64,000 bases of DNA from Vicugna vicugna (Eukaryota): assembly GCA_013265495.1 (NCBI GenBank), contig MU057416.1:242545-306544 (forward strand). The letters are read 5' to 3'. The notes under the pieces were generated by a model. That model made no database searches and had not been told where the DNA came from. It worked only from the letters and a program-made list of their open reading frames with translations. Of this stretch, positions 52,775 through 64,000 are shown piece after piece. Numbering within the stretch: position 1 is the stretch's first letter; the number at the start of each line of letters is the position of its first letter. The translations under genes and the position numbers were made by a program.

Positions 52775-53010
52775 ACTAGGTGGTGACGATGGACATTAGC
52801 TCTCCCTCCCCGCCATGCACACGCCGCTGCTCACATCAAGAGATGGAGTGCACTTCCCTTTCCCTGACCTTGGGCCTAACTTCCACCAGTAACCTGCGGT
52901 GGAGGTGATGTTCTGGGACTTCCAAGCCCAGCCCTGGAGAGTTCTAACAGCTTTTACTTCTGGGAAAATCGCGCCCCTGCAGGGGAAGGCTTCTTTCCTG
53001 GACCTGTCAA
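52775..53010 (+). mobile_element. MLT1-like LTR fragment
   Basis: catcaagagatggagt..ttccctttccctga..tgggc..gcggtggaggtgatg..tgggacttccaagcc resembles the 5' part of older MLT1 LTRs. Confidence 0.6.
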
Positions 53011-53914
53011 GGACGAGGAAGGCCCTCCCTGATGCTGCGCATCTGCGGTGAGCTGTGCACATTTCTATCCCAGTTTCCACCACACTGCAGGCGCCTCCTG
53101 GCCAGGTCTGGACAATCATTTTAAGAAGTTTGTCAAACACGTAAGTGGATTGACTGATAAATGAATTAACAGCACAGAGACAGTAGTGACCACCGCTGGA
53201 GAGAATAATGCCACCAGAGGAAAAAGGTGACAGGAATGAATGATCTATATCTAAAGGATAAACAGAGACCTGAAGAGTAAGATCCTCTGGGGATCTTCCC
53301 TGCTCTAGGTAACAGATCTTGGCTGGAGAAACTGATAGAAAATAAATGAAATGCCGAATGGTAACCTGTTAATGAGTTTGTTAAAGAACGTTAGGTCTTG
53401 CCAAAGGTTGATGTGTACCCCTCCCACGTGCAAGTGAATGAGGGTCCTGTGAACAACTCTTACCAACAGCCTGCGAGCAGAGCGCTCCTGCCAACTTAAT
53501 TAGTGATGGCGTGCCTTCCCCATCTCTTTCTCTCTTTCACTCACGAGCCTGGAGACGGACTCTGGCTTTGTGGAGAGCACGCCTGGAGCAGCATGGGGCC
53601 CATGGCCCCCGCTTATAGGAAACACTGATTTCTTCCATGTCTGAGAGAGCACTTCATACATGCCTCTGATGCTAAAACTGCTATCTTCAGGAGTGACCAA
53701 GATTGGGCAATTTCTCATTGAACTGCTTCCTGGAGTCACAGCTAGAATAGACATTTCTCCGCCTCCCTTGCAGTGAGATGTGACCCAAAGATTGCACTCT
53801 CCTACCTGATGTCGCATCTTTCAGGCCGGTCATGTGTGCTCCTATGTGCCGTTCTTCTGCAGCTTGAGGTCACCAGTCAGAGAAGCCTTCAGCAAGCTAT
53901 TGATCAAGAACATA

Positions 53915-54030
53915 TTTTATAATAGCTTCGTATGGAGTATAATCTATAAAAATATCAAATCACTACATAGTATGCCTGAGACAAATACAATATTTTAAAC
54001 CAACCATAGTTCAATTGAAAAAAAAAAAAA
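53915..54030 (+). mobile_element. Very short LINE-1 3' tail with poly(A), inside an MLT1-like LTR (~53730-54143)
   Basis: tatggagtataatctataaaaatatcaaatcacta..cctgagacaaatacaatatt..ttcaattg followed by a poly(A) run. Confidence 0.7.
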
Positions 54031-54144
54031 GAAGAATACTTGTTTGAGACTTTTTATGAGTGGAAAATAAATGCCTACAGGTTAAGACATTGAAATTTAG
54101 TAGTTTGTGGTATTAAAACAGCATGTGCTACCTTAACCAATAAC

Positions 54145-54760
54145 CCAGCCAGCTCCTGTCTTGAGATCCAGACCCAGATTTCGAAAAATCTCGGCTACTC
54201 TTACATTAAGCACACATGCAGAGCTGAAACGATATCTTGGTTTCCTAACTTATCTTTCTCTTTTTCAGTCACCACTCACTCTACTCACCACCTTAGGGAT
54301 CTGGGCTCACCCTCTGTGCCGGTGCTTCCACAGCTTTGGCAGGTATGCTGATCACCTGGCAGACTTCTTATAACACTGATTTTTGGCTCCCCTGCCACCA
54401 CACTGCCTCCATCCCAGTGATTCTGATCAAGGAAGTCTAGGCTGTGGGCCGAGACTCTCAGGTCGCACTGAAGCTGCCGGTCCCCGGGCCACACTGCGAG
54501 TAGCCCTGCAGTACGCCGCCCCCTCCAAACCGTGTCCCCTTCTGATTTGCTGTGAGTCCTGAGTGGTCTGCCTCTAATTTGTCTCTAAAATCTGTCCTCT
54601 TCTTTCCGTTTTTCACTTGGCCTATTTTCAGCTTCTGCTCTCTCTCACATTCATTGTCACCTGGATTCCCCAAGTGTCTGCCTCTTTCAAACTCACTCTT
54701 CACACAGCCGTCAGAGTGGCTTCAAAAACCAACCAGCCAACCAGCCAACCAACCCACTGA
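54145..54760 (+). mobile_element. LINE-2 fragments
   Basis: Pyrimidine-rich L2-like words (ttgagatccagaccc, cacctggatt..cacacagccgtcagagtg). Confidence 0.5.
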
Positions 54761-57700
54761 AACACTGAGTCGCTGTGGTCTTCCCACGTCTAAATCCTTA
54801 GTGTGGTGGGTTTTAAACTTCTTCCTTCTTTAGTTCATTCATTTTTCCTCCCCCAGCAGAACTCTTCCTTTAGTAACCTTTTGTGGGTGGGCAAGGCTCA
54901 CCTCTGGCTGAACTCTGAGTGGGAATTGAGGTCCCTGAACTCACTGCCCTTTTCCCACCCACACAGCAGTCTCTGATGGGTCTCCTGATGAATCCTGTGG
55001 CCTCTCAGAACAGAGTCTGAGAATGACTTATTCAGATGGAGCCACCACGTTGATGAGAAAAGAGTTACAAATCTGAGAGCCTGGCATGGATGGCTACTCA
55101 CCAGCTAGCTCCAGGTTTGGTGTGCAGTTTCATGTCCTGACTCTCCCTCTCCTTCTGCGGCTGGGGTCCCCCTTGGAGCCACCCTGGCTGCTCATAGCTC
55201 TCTCCCACACCACCAGGTGTGCCCTTTCCTTTCCTTAGGACGCCCTATGCACGCACCGCCGAGCCCAGCACAAGCGTCCCATCCTCAGGAAAGCTCTCTC
55301 AGGTTCTCATCCCAGGACCCTCAACACTCCAGGATGGAAGTTCTCACTTTGTCTTCGTCTCCATCTGTATCCCAATTGCAATGGTCCTGTGTTTGTTCTA
55401 GGACTGAACTCAGGAAAGCAAGCCCACGTCCTTGTAGACTTTTTTCAATCATCATTTTTTAATGTAGACTATGTCTGCAATAAATGTCTGCTGTGCTCTA
55501 GAATGGGATGGGATGGCTAACTGTCATGATTATCCTCATATATCTTGTAGGATATAATTTAGAATCATTACAAGAAATCATTTCCTGTTATAACATAGAA
55601 ATTAAGTGCTGTGCAATAGTCACGTCTGCGGTTATTCTGTAATTTTTATTTAAAATAAATAAGAGGAAGGATAAATTTGTTGTATCGGTCATTTAAGGTC
55701 ATTTGGTCGTCTAGTCTTTCTGATTAGAAATCTATCTTCAAAGGGAATTCATTATTAAATTCCCTTTCTATATAATTTGTGTATAAATTACAAATTAGTT
55801 GTAATTTATTTTAGCCATCACACATGAGACATTAATACCTCCACGGTCTCAATGACTATGACTCTGGAGGACACCCTCCCATTCTGCCTGCTCTTGGGGT
55901 GTAACAGGGTTACTTTGCCCGAGAGAGCCACACGTGAATGTGATGCTCTTTCAGTCTCATTGGACACTGTTGATTGCCCTGTGACCACCTCTAGCAGCAA
56001 ATGGTTGATGAATTAAGAAATAGCTTGTGCTGGAAGTTAAGTATGTTCTTCCCCTTAATGTGGAATAACATGCTGCACTTTGACGCAAGGATTTTTAGCG
56101 TCTTGCCACTACAGCCTAGCAGGGAAAGGCACGTGGCGCAGACCTGACAAGCTGACTCCGGGAAAGCTGGAAGGTGATGCAAAGCAGGAGCAACCTCGTC
56201 CCCAGTACGTGTCAGCTTGCTGCAGCCCCTGACGTCCTCACTCCCGCGTGGATGATTAGCTTCCAGGCGCATGAGGAGGAGCTGCACACACCTAGGGAGG
56301 AAGAGGCTCCCCAGACCTGGGGGACCCATTCGCTTCCGTATTGATTGTACTGATTGTGATCACAGTGTGTCCCGCTGTTGTGTTTTCCTGCCTTGTTACG
56401 AATGTAAAGATCGGTTTGGAATCATTTTAATATGCTTCATATCACGTTAAACGCATCATTTTAAATACATGGCATGACCTGCATTGTTCTTTTCAGGCTT
56501 CCAAACACGCAGGAGCGTTTATGCAGTTCATAGCAGGCGCTTTGCACATGTTTATGGTGCTGGGTAGAGTTCTGTGTCTTTAAGTTCTGAATTGGTTGCC
56601 AGGACCAAGCTGGTGCATTCTCAGCTATAACTTTCCATCAACTGATCCAAAGGCATTCTTTCTCCCTTTTGAAAATCATGGCTGATTAAAATACTGCAAC
56701 AGCTGTTAGTGATCATGTGATTGATATGTTTTCAAAGACAGATGTTGAGTATTAAAAGCAGAGCGCCGCAGATTTCCCAGCAGTCCATGAGTGTTTTTTG
56801 AAAAGCTGCTACTTTCTTTTCTCCCACTTTCCACTCGGCCTTTTCTTACTTTTTTCTTTTTTCTTTCTTTTTACGTGCTGAGCAGAAATAGCTTTAATAA
56901 AACACATTCTTTAGAAACACACGCAATACCCTCCATTCTCAAAAGCAAAGACTAGCATAATGTCCACCCCTGATGCTGAGGAGCTTTGTAAACTCTTAAG
57001 TCGTGGGGGATATCTTTAGGTTCTGACTAAGAGCAGGGATGCAGTGAAATTCGGTGCCCGTGTACTCCTCTGGTCAGGGAGTTTCTAGGCGGTCGAAATT
57101 GTCCTGGAGCAGACCGAGGGTTAATTAGAAATCATATTTCTAGATAACTCCAGTTTCACAAATTAAGTCTCACGTTAGAAGAATTTAAAAAATACATCAC
57201 AAGTGCATTACCTTTAACTCTTTTAGAGCATTTAAATCCACGTGCTCTCCTGGCTTTCATAAATTCCTTCTTTGATAACTCCACCCCGGGGAGTCCATCC
57301 TGAAGTTCTTGTGCCTAGACTTACGACAACCAGATACGCTTCTATTACAAGGCTGACAGCTTCTCAGAAAGTGGTTCAACTGGCCGCATTGCTAGAAGGA
57401 AGAGATCATGCTACAAAAAAGAAAAACAATATGACTTACAGAGAATCACAGCATTTCAGAACTGCGAAAGGCTTTGACGGTCACTTCAGAAAGAGAGTAT
57501 TTCCAGTGCTTGGTATTGAATGTAAAGGCTTGGGGGTGAAAGGTGACTAGCACACACACCCCAGCCACGGGACCCCCAGGAGGATTCTAGACCAGCGTGT
57601 TTGCCATGGTGCTTGGAACCTTCTAGATTAGTCCAGTTTGGGTGGTCTTAAAGAATCCTGCCCACTTCTACTGGTCGCCCAGCAAGAATGGAAGCGCCAT

Positions 57701-58314
57701 CAGCCAAGCCCAAACGAAATCACCACGAAAGTCACAGGGCCCAGTCTCGTGATAAACACCACGGCTTCGCTTAGAGCCTTTCCCTCTGGAATTACGGAGG
57801 GAAAGCTGCCGGCTTATTCCCACTTCCTCTACAGAGAGCAAAATCGTGATTTGTCAGGCGACTGAGTAACAAGTTTTCCGTGAATAAAAATATTTCATTG
57901 AAAAGCAAGTTATCATTTTATCTCCGTCCTTAGGAAACAGGTCCTCAAAGGGAAGGCAAGGACGGAGCCCTTCCGCACACTGACCTAGCCGACGTGCGGG
58001 CTCCCACGGCGCCAGGCACGGCTCTACCCTCAGTCCATCCAATGCTAATTTCAAGAAGCAGTTGTCCCTGAGTTTCTTCACAGGCAGATTGTTTCAGAAG
58101 CTGTCACAGAACAGTCAATACTCCATCTGCTCATGTGGACGGCTGGCTCGTACCCCGCTTCCTTCCTGAGGGCCGTTTGCATTCCCCGTGCCCCTCGGAC
58201 TATCACTGGGAAAGGTGGCTCGGAGAGGCTGCGTTGGGTCTTTGTGGGCAGATGGTGAAAAAATGGTGAGAAAAAGGGAAATATCAGTTAGGTATTTCAT
58301 AGATTTTGTAAATT

Positions 58315-58400
58315 TATTTTATGTATTTAGAAATATTGTCTACATTTCTTTAAATATTTTATGTATTTAGAAAGAGTGTCTATATTTCTATAAATATTAT
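58315..58400. repeat. 40-bp tandem duplication (about 2 copies)
   Basis: tattttatgtatttagaaatattgtctacatttctttaaa followed by tattttatgtatttagaaagagtgtctatatttctataaa. Confidence 0.85.
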
Positions 58401-58444
58401 TTATATACTTATAAATGTATTTATTTATTTGCATTTTGAGCCCA

Positions 58445-59095
58445 TTCTTTTTTTTATTGAAGTGCAGCTGATTTTCAACGTTGTGTTAGTTTCAGGTGGA
58501 CAGCCCAGTGATTTGGTAATTTTGGCAGATTATATTCCATTATCGGTTATTACGAGCGATTTGGGGTAATTCCCTGTGCTACAGTAAATCCATGTTGCTC
58601 ATCTATTTTACATACAGTAGTTTGTATTTGCTAATCCCAAACTCCTAATCTGTCCCTCCCCACCTCCCTCTCCACTTTGATAACCACAAATGCGTTCTCT
58701 ACGTCTGTGAGTCTGTTTCTGTTTTCTTTTTAAAAAAAATTTTTTTTTAATTGAATTATAGTCATTTTACAGTGTTGTGCCAAATTCCAGTGTAGAGCAC
58801 AATTCTTCAGTTATATATGAACGTAAATTGTTTCTGTTTTCTGTATACATTCATTCATATTATTTTCTTAGCTTCCACACATAAGTAATATCATTTAATA
58901 TTTGTCTTTCTCTTTCTAACTTATTTCACTAAGCAGGGCATCCTCTAGGTCTGTCCATGTTGCAGCAAATGGCAATATTTCATTCTCTTTATGGCTGAGT
59001 AGTACACCATTGTGTGCACACCACATTTTCTTAAGCCAGTCGTCTGCCTGGTTGCTTCTATGTCTTGGCTATTGTAAATATTGCTGCATATATCT
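58445..59095 (-). mobile_element. LINE-1 3' end containing a nested younger L1 tail (58728-58828)
   Basis: ttttttattgaagt..ttgtgttagtttcaggtg..ttatttcactaagca..gcaaatggcaatatttcattc; the nested insert is bounded by a perfect 14-bp TSD tgtttctgttttct. Confidence 0.88.
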
Positions 59096-60994
59096 TAATA
59101 TGTTTTACATACATATAATTTATATGTTTTATATTTTGTGTTTAAAAACACAATCATGCTTACCATGGTGCCCTGGTGCAGACAGTAGGAGCTTAGTGAA
59201 TACTTGTTCCCAGCCCCGCACAACACCTGGTGTCTCCACCTAGTACACTGCCTCTGCTCACCACACTCAGCTGTGAATCCGGTCTTGTGTGTGTACGAGC
59301 CAGCCCTCAGCCTCGAACCCAAGAGGACTCCCCTGAAGACTCAGGGGCTTCTCTCTCCAGGCAGCTTCCACCTTTCAGACGTCGACACCCACAGACTCCC
59401 GGGGCCTCATCGGCTCAGCTTTGATCCCAGCCTCTGCCTGCGGGATGGACCCCTGTTCTCCCCTGGGCACTACATCTCTGCTCTGGAGTATGGACAGTCC
59501 TGGAGTTTATTTTATGTGTTTCCTGCTCTTAAGGCTCGTACCCTCTGCTTTCTGTTGTTGGGTACTTCAAAGTGTCGCTGTGCATATTTTATTCAGTTTT
59601 AAGATTGCTTCTGTGCTGAGGAGTGGCTGGGCGCTTACACCCAGAGCAGCACTCCACCGTGAAGCAGAAGCTGGAGCACGCTGGATGTTACGCCTGATAT
59701 CCTGCGTTAGTATCATCCTCATTTACTTGAAAATCTCAGTGAAGATTTACCTAAAAAATCTGCCCACCCCCGCCCCCGGCCTTTTTTGGCTAGAATCTCA
59801 CTCTCATCTCTTTTAAAAATCAGATCAAAGTTGACACTCCCATATCTCGGCAAGTGGCTAAGCGCCGTGTGTGTATCTTTCCTTTATTCCAATTCATTCA
59901 ACTTGATCTTTCCTTGTTTATTTGAAATGAGAACTGAGTATGGCCTTTGAGCATAAAAACAGAAGGACCAGGCATAACAAATAAAAAATGCAAATTCAGG
60001 AAAGTCCTGCTTTCAGGAGAAGCCTGACTCTTCAAAAACAAAAGTGTATAAACTCTACACAACCAATGGAAGCAGAATGCCCAGCTGCAGTAAAATACTT
60101 CAAAGAGAATGCTGTTTTCTTCTTGAATTAACCTTTCGCCTGACATGTTCATAACGCCTCCGAAAGGCAACAGATGGTATTAGCAAAGTAAATTGCATCA
60201 AAAGATGTGTTCCAATGTGGGTATTATAATTATTTATTTAATTACAAATTTAGTTTAAAAATAAACCCACTTAGCATGGCAGGTGTAGCTTAAGTATAAA
60301 TTCAGAAATGGGCAGGTCTATTTCAGATTTTAGGGAGCACGTTAGGACAATACAGCTGAAATGACCCTCCATGAAGTGGAGCTTTCCTTTTCTTTTCTTT
60401 TTTTTCTTTTTGGCAATGAGTTGTTTTTCACCCAAGGAAGAATAATATCTTTTGGATGTGGAGACACCAGACGTTGAGGAAGACAAGGCTACCAACTTGC
60501 TTTTAAGGATGCATGTATCTTCGCCTGTTGCCCAGAATTTGAGATGGATTGAGTGAATTCATCCATCCTTACATTTGAAGGAATCTTGATGGGTTTAATG
60601 ATTTAATTCAGGGTCATGGAACACAGAGCTTACTGGCTCACAGTGTAATCAATACCTTCTTCTGGATTCAATAATTCAATATAATTAGAAGCATGGAATA
60701 ACCAGGTAAGCTAACTAACTACAGAGAGACACTGTAACAATGGGTTACACGAAAGAACTCGAGGGTGGAATCAGAATTCTTCTGCAGAGTCAGAAGCATG
60801 GGTGGCCCCATCTTGGGTGATCACACAGTCAAGGAATCTCAGGTTCAGAAGGACCCTTATGTATCTCCTTTTCCAATCAAATACTACTTCCTTGCTGGGC
60901 AGTCTCCAGCCCACAAATGAACATCCCCATGGAGAAGGAACTTCTTATCACCTAAAAATCCACTGAAGCTTTTAGAAATGTAGAAAATGTGCCT

Positions 60995-61195
60995 TACGGT
61001 AGGCTACATGGTTTAGGAGGAAAGTATGGAGTTCAGAAATGACTGAATTTAATTTAAATGTTGTTACTTCCTAGTTTTCTCACCTCTCAAATGGAGTTAA
61101 CAATGTCTGCCTCTTAATATTATTTGCCCTATTTTTAAGAAGATGAAATGAGCAAGTCTTATGCTTTCTTCAGATGGAAGCAGTAACAAATGTAT
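60995..61195 (+). mobile_element. MIR SINE (decayed)
   Basis: gttttctcacctctcaaatggagttaacaatgtctgcctc..gatgaaatgag. Confidence 0.6.
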
Positions 61196-61524
61196 TATCT
61201 TCAGTAAGCAGCAAAGAAACTGAAGTTCAGAGAAGTTAAGGAATTGCTCAGCATCCTCCAGGTAGAGAGGTCCTCACATTCAATGTGCTCCCCCAGCCCT
61301 TCCTCTTGGCTGATGTTTAAAAGATGCTTGGGATGGTCACAAAGCAAGCTCCCCACTTGGGGCATGTCCTACTGTCCTTTCTTCTTTGAAAGAAGTTGGC
61401 CCCTGTCCTGTTGGATTTCTTCACACACAGCTGACTGTGTGTGCAAAGTGGGGCAAGCAAGACATTCCTCATCTCCCCTCTAAGACAAGAGTCCTCATTA
61501 CCCAGACGTTTATGCCCCAAGTTG

Positions 61525-61750
61525 CTGTACAGCGTAGTGGTTAATCTCAGCACTGTGGTGTTAAATGCCTGCGTTCAAGTCCAAGGTCTACTACTCCCTG
61601 AGGATGGCACCTTTGGAAAGTTACTTAAGCTCCCTGGCTTTTTCTGCTTTTAACTGGGGGTGATGCTATGACTCAGTTCATAGGGTGGTTATATAATTTG
61701 TGTGATTGGAACTGATTGGAGCAGACCAAATATTTGATAAATGCTGCCCA
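61525..61750 (+). mobile_element. MIR SINE (decayed)
   Basis: agcgtagtggtta..cctgcgttcaagtcc..ctttggaaagttacttaagctccctg..catagggtggtt. Confidence 0.65.
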
Positions 61751-63239
61751 TTCTTACTATCTCCCTGCACCAAGCCCAAGACAGGGAGGGGTTTTGTGAG
61801 GCTCTGCCCCAACGGAAAAACAGGAGGAAGCCTCGCTCACAAGGTGTTCTTCTTTGTCACGAGTCATTCACTCGCCTTCCTGCAACATTATATGACGATA
61901 GTGCCCGCTTGCCTGGCGCCAGGAAGGTGGAGGCCATTAAGGACATGGTTCAGGAAAAAATAAGGTTTTGTCCCCAAGTACCTCTGGGATCAAGGCCCCC
62001 TGGTGAATATATACCATTTCCTGACTTTTCAGACTTAACTTAGCAGAGCTAAGAAACTTTCAGATAGACGCGTAATGAATGTATCGGAAGCAACGCCACA
62101 CTCACGCTCTTGAGTTGTCTGGCAGATTCATGACTCTCCTGACTGATCCCTTTCCCCAGAAAATGTGTTTTGTGACTGATACTCAAGCCTCCGACTCTCA
62201 TCCTGCAGATGACCGTGGTAATTTCAGCACGTAGTCACTCATTGGCCGCATTCATTTTTAATAGATCATATTCATATTTTCATGTTCCTCCAGGAAGACT
62301 AATGGTTTCTCATCACAGCCTGGAACACATGTCTCTAATAACAGCTCTGGCTGAGCCAATTTTTTTTTTAACATAAAGATACACGAGTTGTTGAGTAGCT
62401 TGGATATTCTGCGATTAAACTGATGAGATCAGGCAAGCCTGACTGCTTTGTTTTCTGGAAGTCAAACAGACTGCAACTGTACAGGGGATAAGTAGCTCAC
62501 TTAGACAGTGAGGCACCATCGCGGAGACAGACGCTTATTAAGTTCATGGATTAATGCAGAGGCAGCGCGGGGAACGTCGCTGCAAGGGCTGGGGCGCACA
62601 GCTGTGCGATGCGGCCGTCGCGGCGCTGCTGGCGGGGACGGGCTGCGGGCGCCGGAAACACAGCCGGCTCTCGGCCAGTCAGTGCAACCCCCGCTGATTA
62701 GTTTTGGTTTTGTTTGCTTGTTAATGGTTTGCTGTATATAAGATTAAAAATAACTAAATTTCATCAGTGCTTTGCAACTAAGATCCACATAATGAAAAAT
62801 GATTTAAATATGATTCTAAAGTTACAAGTGAGGTTTTGAATTAATCATGGAGAAAGATTGTGAAAATGTTGTGGCCGGAGTTTGCTTTCCCCCTAATTCT
62901 TAGATTACTGACTTGTTATAACCTTCTTTTCCACGTTGCATGGAGCTAGGCTTAAAAAAATGCCCAAGACACAGGGTAAGTTACTTTTCTAACCAATCTT
63001 TTTTTCCTTTCTCCTTTCTTCCTTTACTTACTTTAATCAATAATTTTCCTATGATAATTTTCCTCCTCTGTTTCTTGATTTTGACCTTAATTTCTTCATT
63101 GTTATTCTCACGTTTTGTTTTCCTGAATATTTGCCCACTTGTGCCCCCTGCTACCAAGATAAAGCACATTTTGATGGAAGAGAAATGAACCTGGTGACTA
63201 AAGATGTCTGATTCTATGGTGACCCCAACATGGGAGACT

Positions 63240-63644
63240 GGTAATCTGGGCTTAAGAGTGACCCCAGCAAGGTCATGTGCTGAAGTTCTAACCCCCTAGC
63301 ACCTCAATATGTGACTGTACTTGGAGACAGAGCCTTTTAAGAGATGATTACATTTAAAATGAGGTTTTTTTTTTTTTTTTTTTACAGTGGACCCTAATCC
63401 AGTACGACTGATAGCCTTATAAGAAGAGCAGATGAAGACATAGCCACACATAGAAGAAAGGTCACATGAAGACAGAGGGAGAAGGCAGCACGTCCAGGCC
63501 AAGGAGAGAGGCTCAGGAGAAGGCAATCCTACTGAAAACCTTGATCCTGGATGTTTAGCCTCCAGAATCGTGAGAAAATAAATGTCTGTTGTTGAAGCCA
63601 CCCAGCGTGCGTTCTTTGTTACGCAGCCGTGGCAAACTAACACA
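63240..63644 (+). mobile_element. MLT1 (ERVL-MaLR) solo LTR
   Basis: gtgactgtacttggaga..ccctaatcca..ccttataagaaga..gcctccagaa..gagaaaataaat..gttgaagccaccca..tttgttac.gcagcc..aaactaacaca. Confidence 0.88.
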
Positions 63645-64000
63645 GCTGGTTGAATATATCACCATTCCTTTGCAAGATTCAGAATGGCAAGGGTAAAATC
63701 ATATCATTCTGTTATTCATTCAGTCAACAAAGAGTTGCCAAGACACATCTCAGCACAGTAACCAAGACAGGAAGCCAGAGATTTCTACTCTCATGGGGCT
63801 TACCAAAACATTACATGCAAAAGTGCTTTGTACATAAAGTGGTTAAATACATTTATTGGATTATTGGAAATATTCTTATTTTCAAAAGCAACAACAGAAA
63901 GGCCTGCATTAATAGAAGAGTCAAATTCCAAAGCTCAAGATTATTTACATGTGTTCATCTCCATGGTAATAGTGAACATTTACCGAGTATTTATTATGTG

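Noticed and set aside
33130..64000. miR-181a-1/b-1 or MIR181A1HG exons, expected downstream by human synteny
   Set aside because: I did not see the mature miR-181 sequence on either strand by eye, and lncRNA exons cannot be supported from sequence alone; the hairpins probably lie beyond the window

Overview
Mammalian genomic DNA, very probably camelid (six copies of a tRNA-derived SINE resembling camelid Vic-1). Positions 1 to about 33,130 hold the 3' part of PTPRC (CD45) on the + strand. There are 21 coding exons (about exons 13-33 in human/mouse numbering, counted back from the last exon), all with GT-AG boundaries. They splice into one uninterrupted frame of 2,627 nt ending in TAG at 31844-31846. 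They encode the membrane-proximal FN3 domains, the transmembrane helix, the wedge, an intact D1 phosphatase ([17 protein letters not shown]), a D2 pseudophosphatase with its acidic insert, and the C-terminal tail; a 1.0-1.3 kb 3' UTR follows. The remaining ~31 kb is intergenic, with L1, L2, MIR, MLT1/MLT2 LTRs, Tigger1 and SINEs, and no credible protein-coding gene. I found no new multi-gene system. The most striking unexplained signal is a mosaic of sharply bounded GC/CpG-rich patches in AT-rich DNA. In these patches datable repeats (a SINE, a MIR) and synonymous codon positions appear shifted from A/T to G/C, as expected from strong local GC-biased gene conversion. Smaller observations: a stop-free in-frame 90-nt intron in D1, an inverted SINE pair in the last intron, a GAG splice acceptor and a twin-primed L1. 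Repeat family names and human comparisons are from memory, not from a search.
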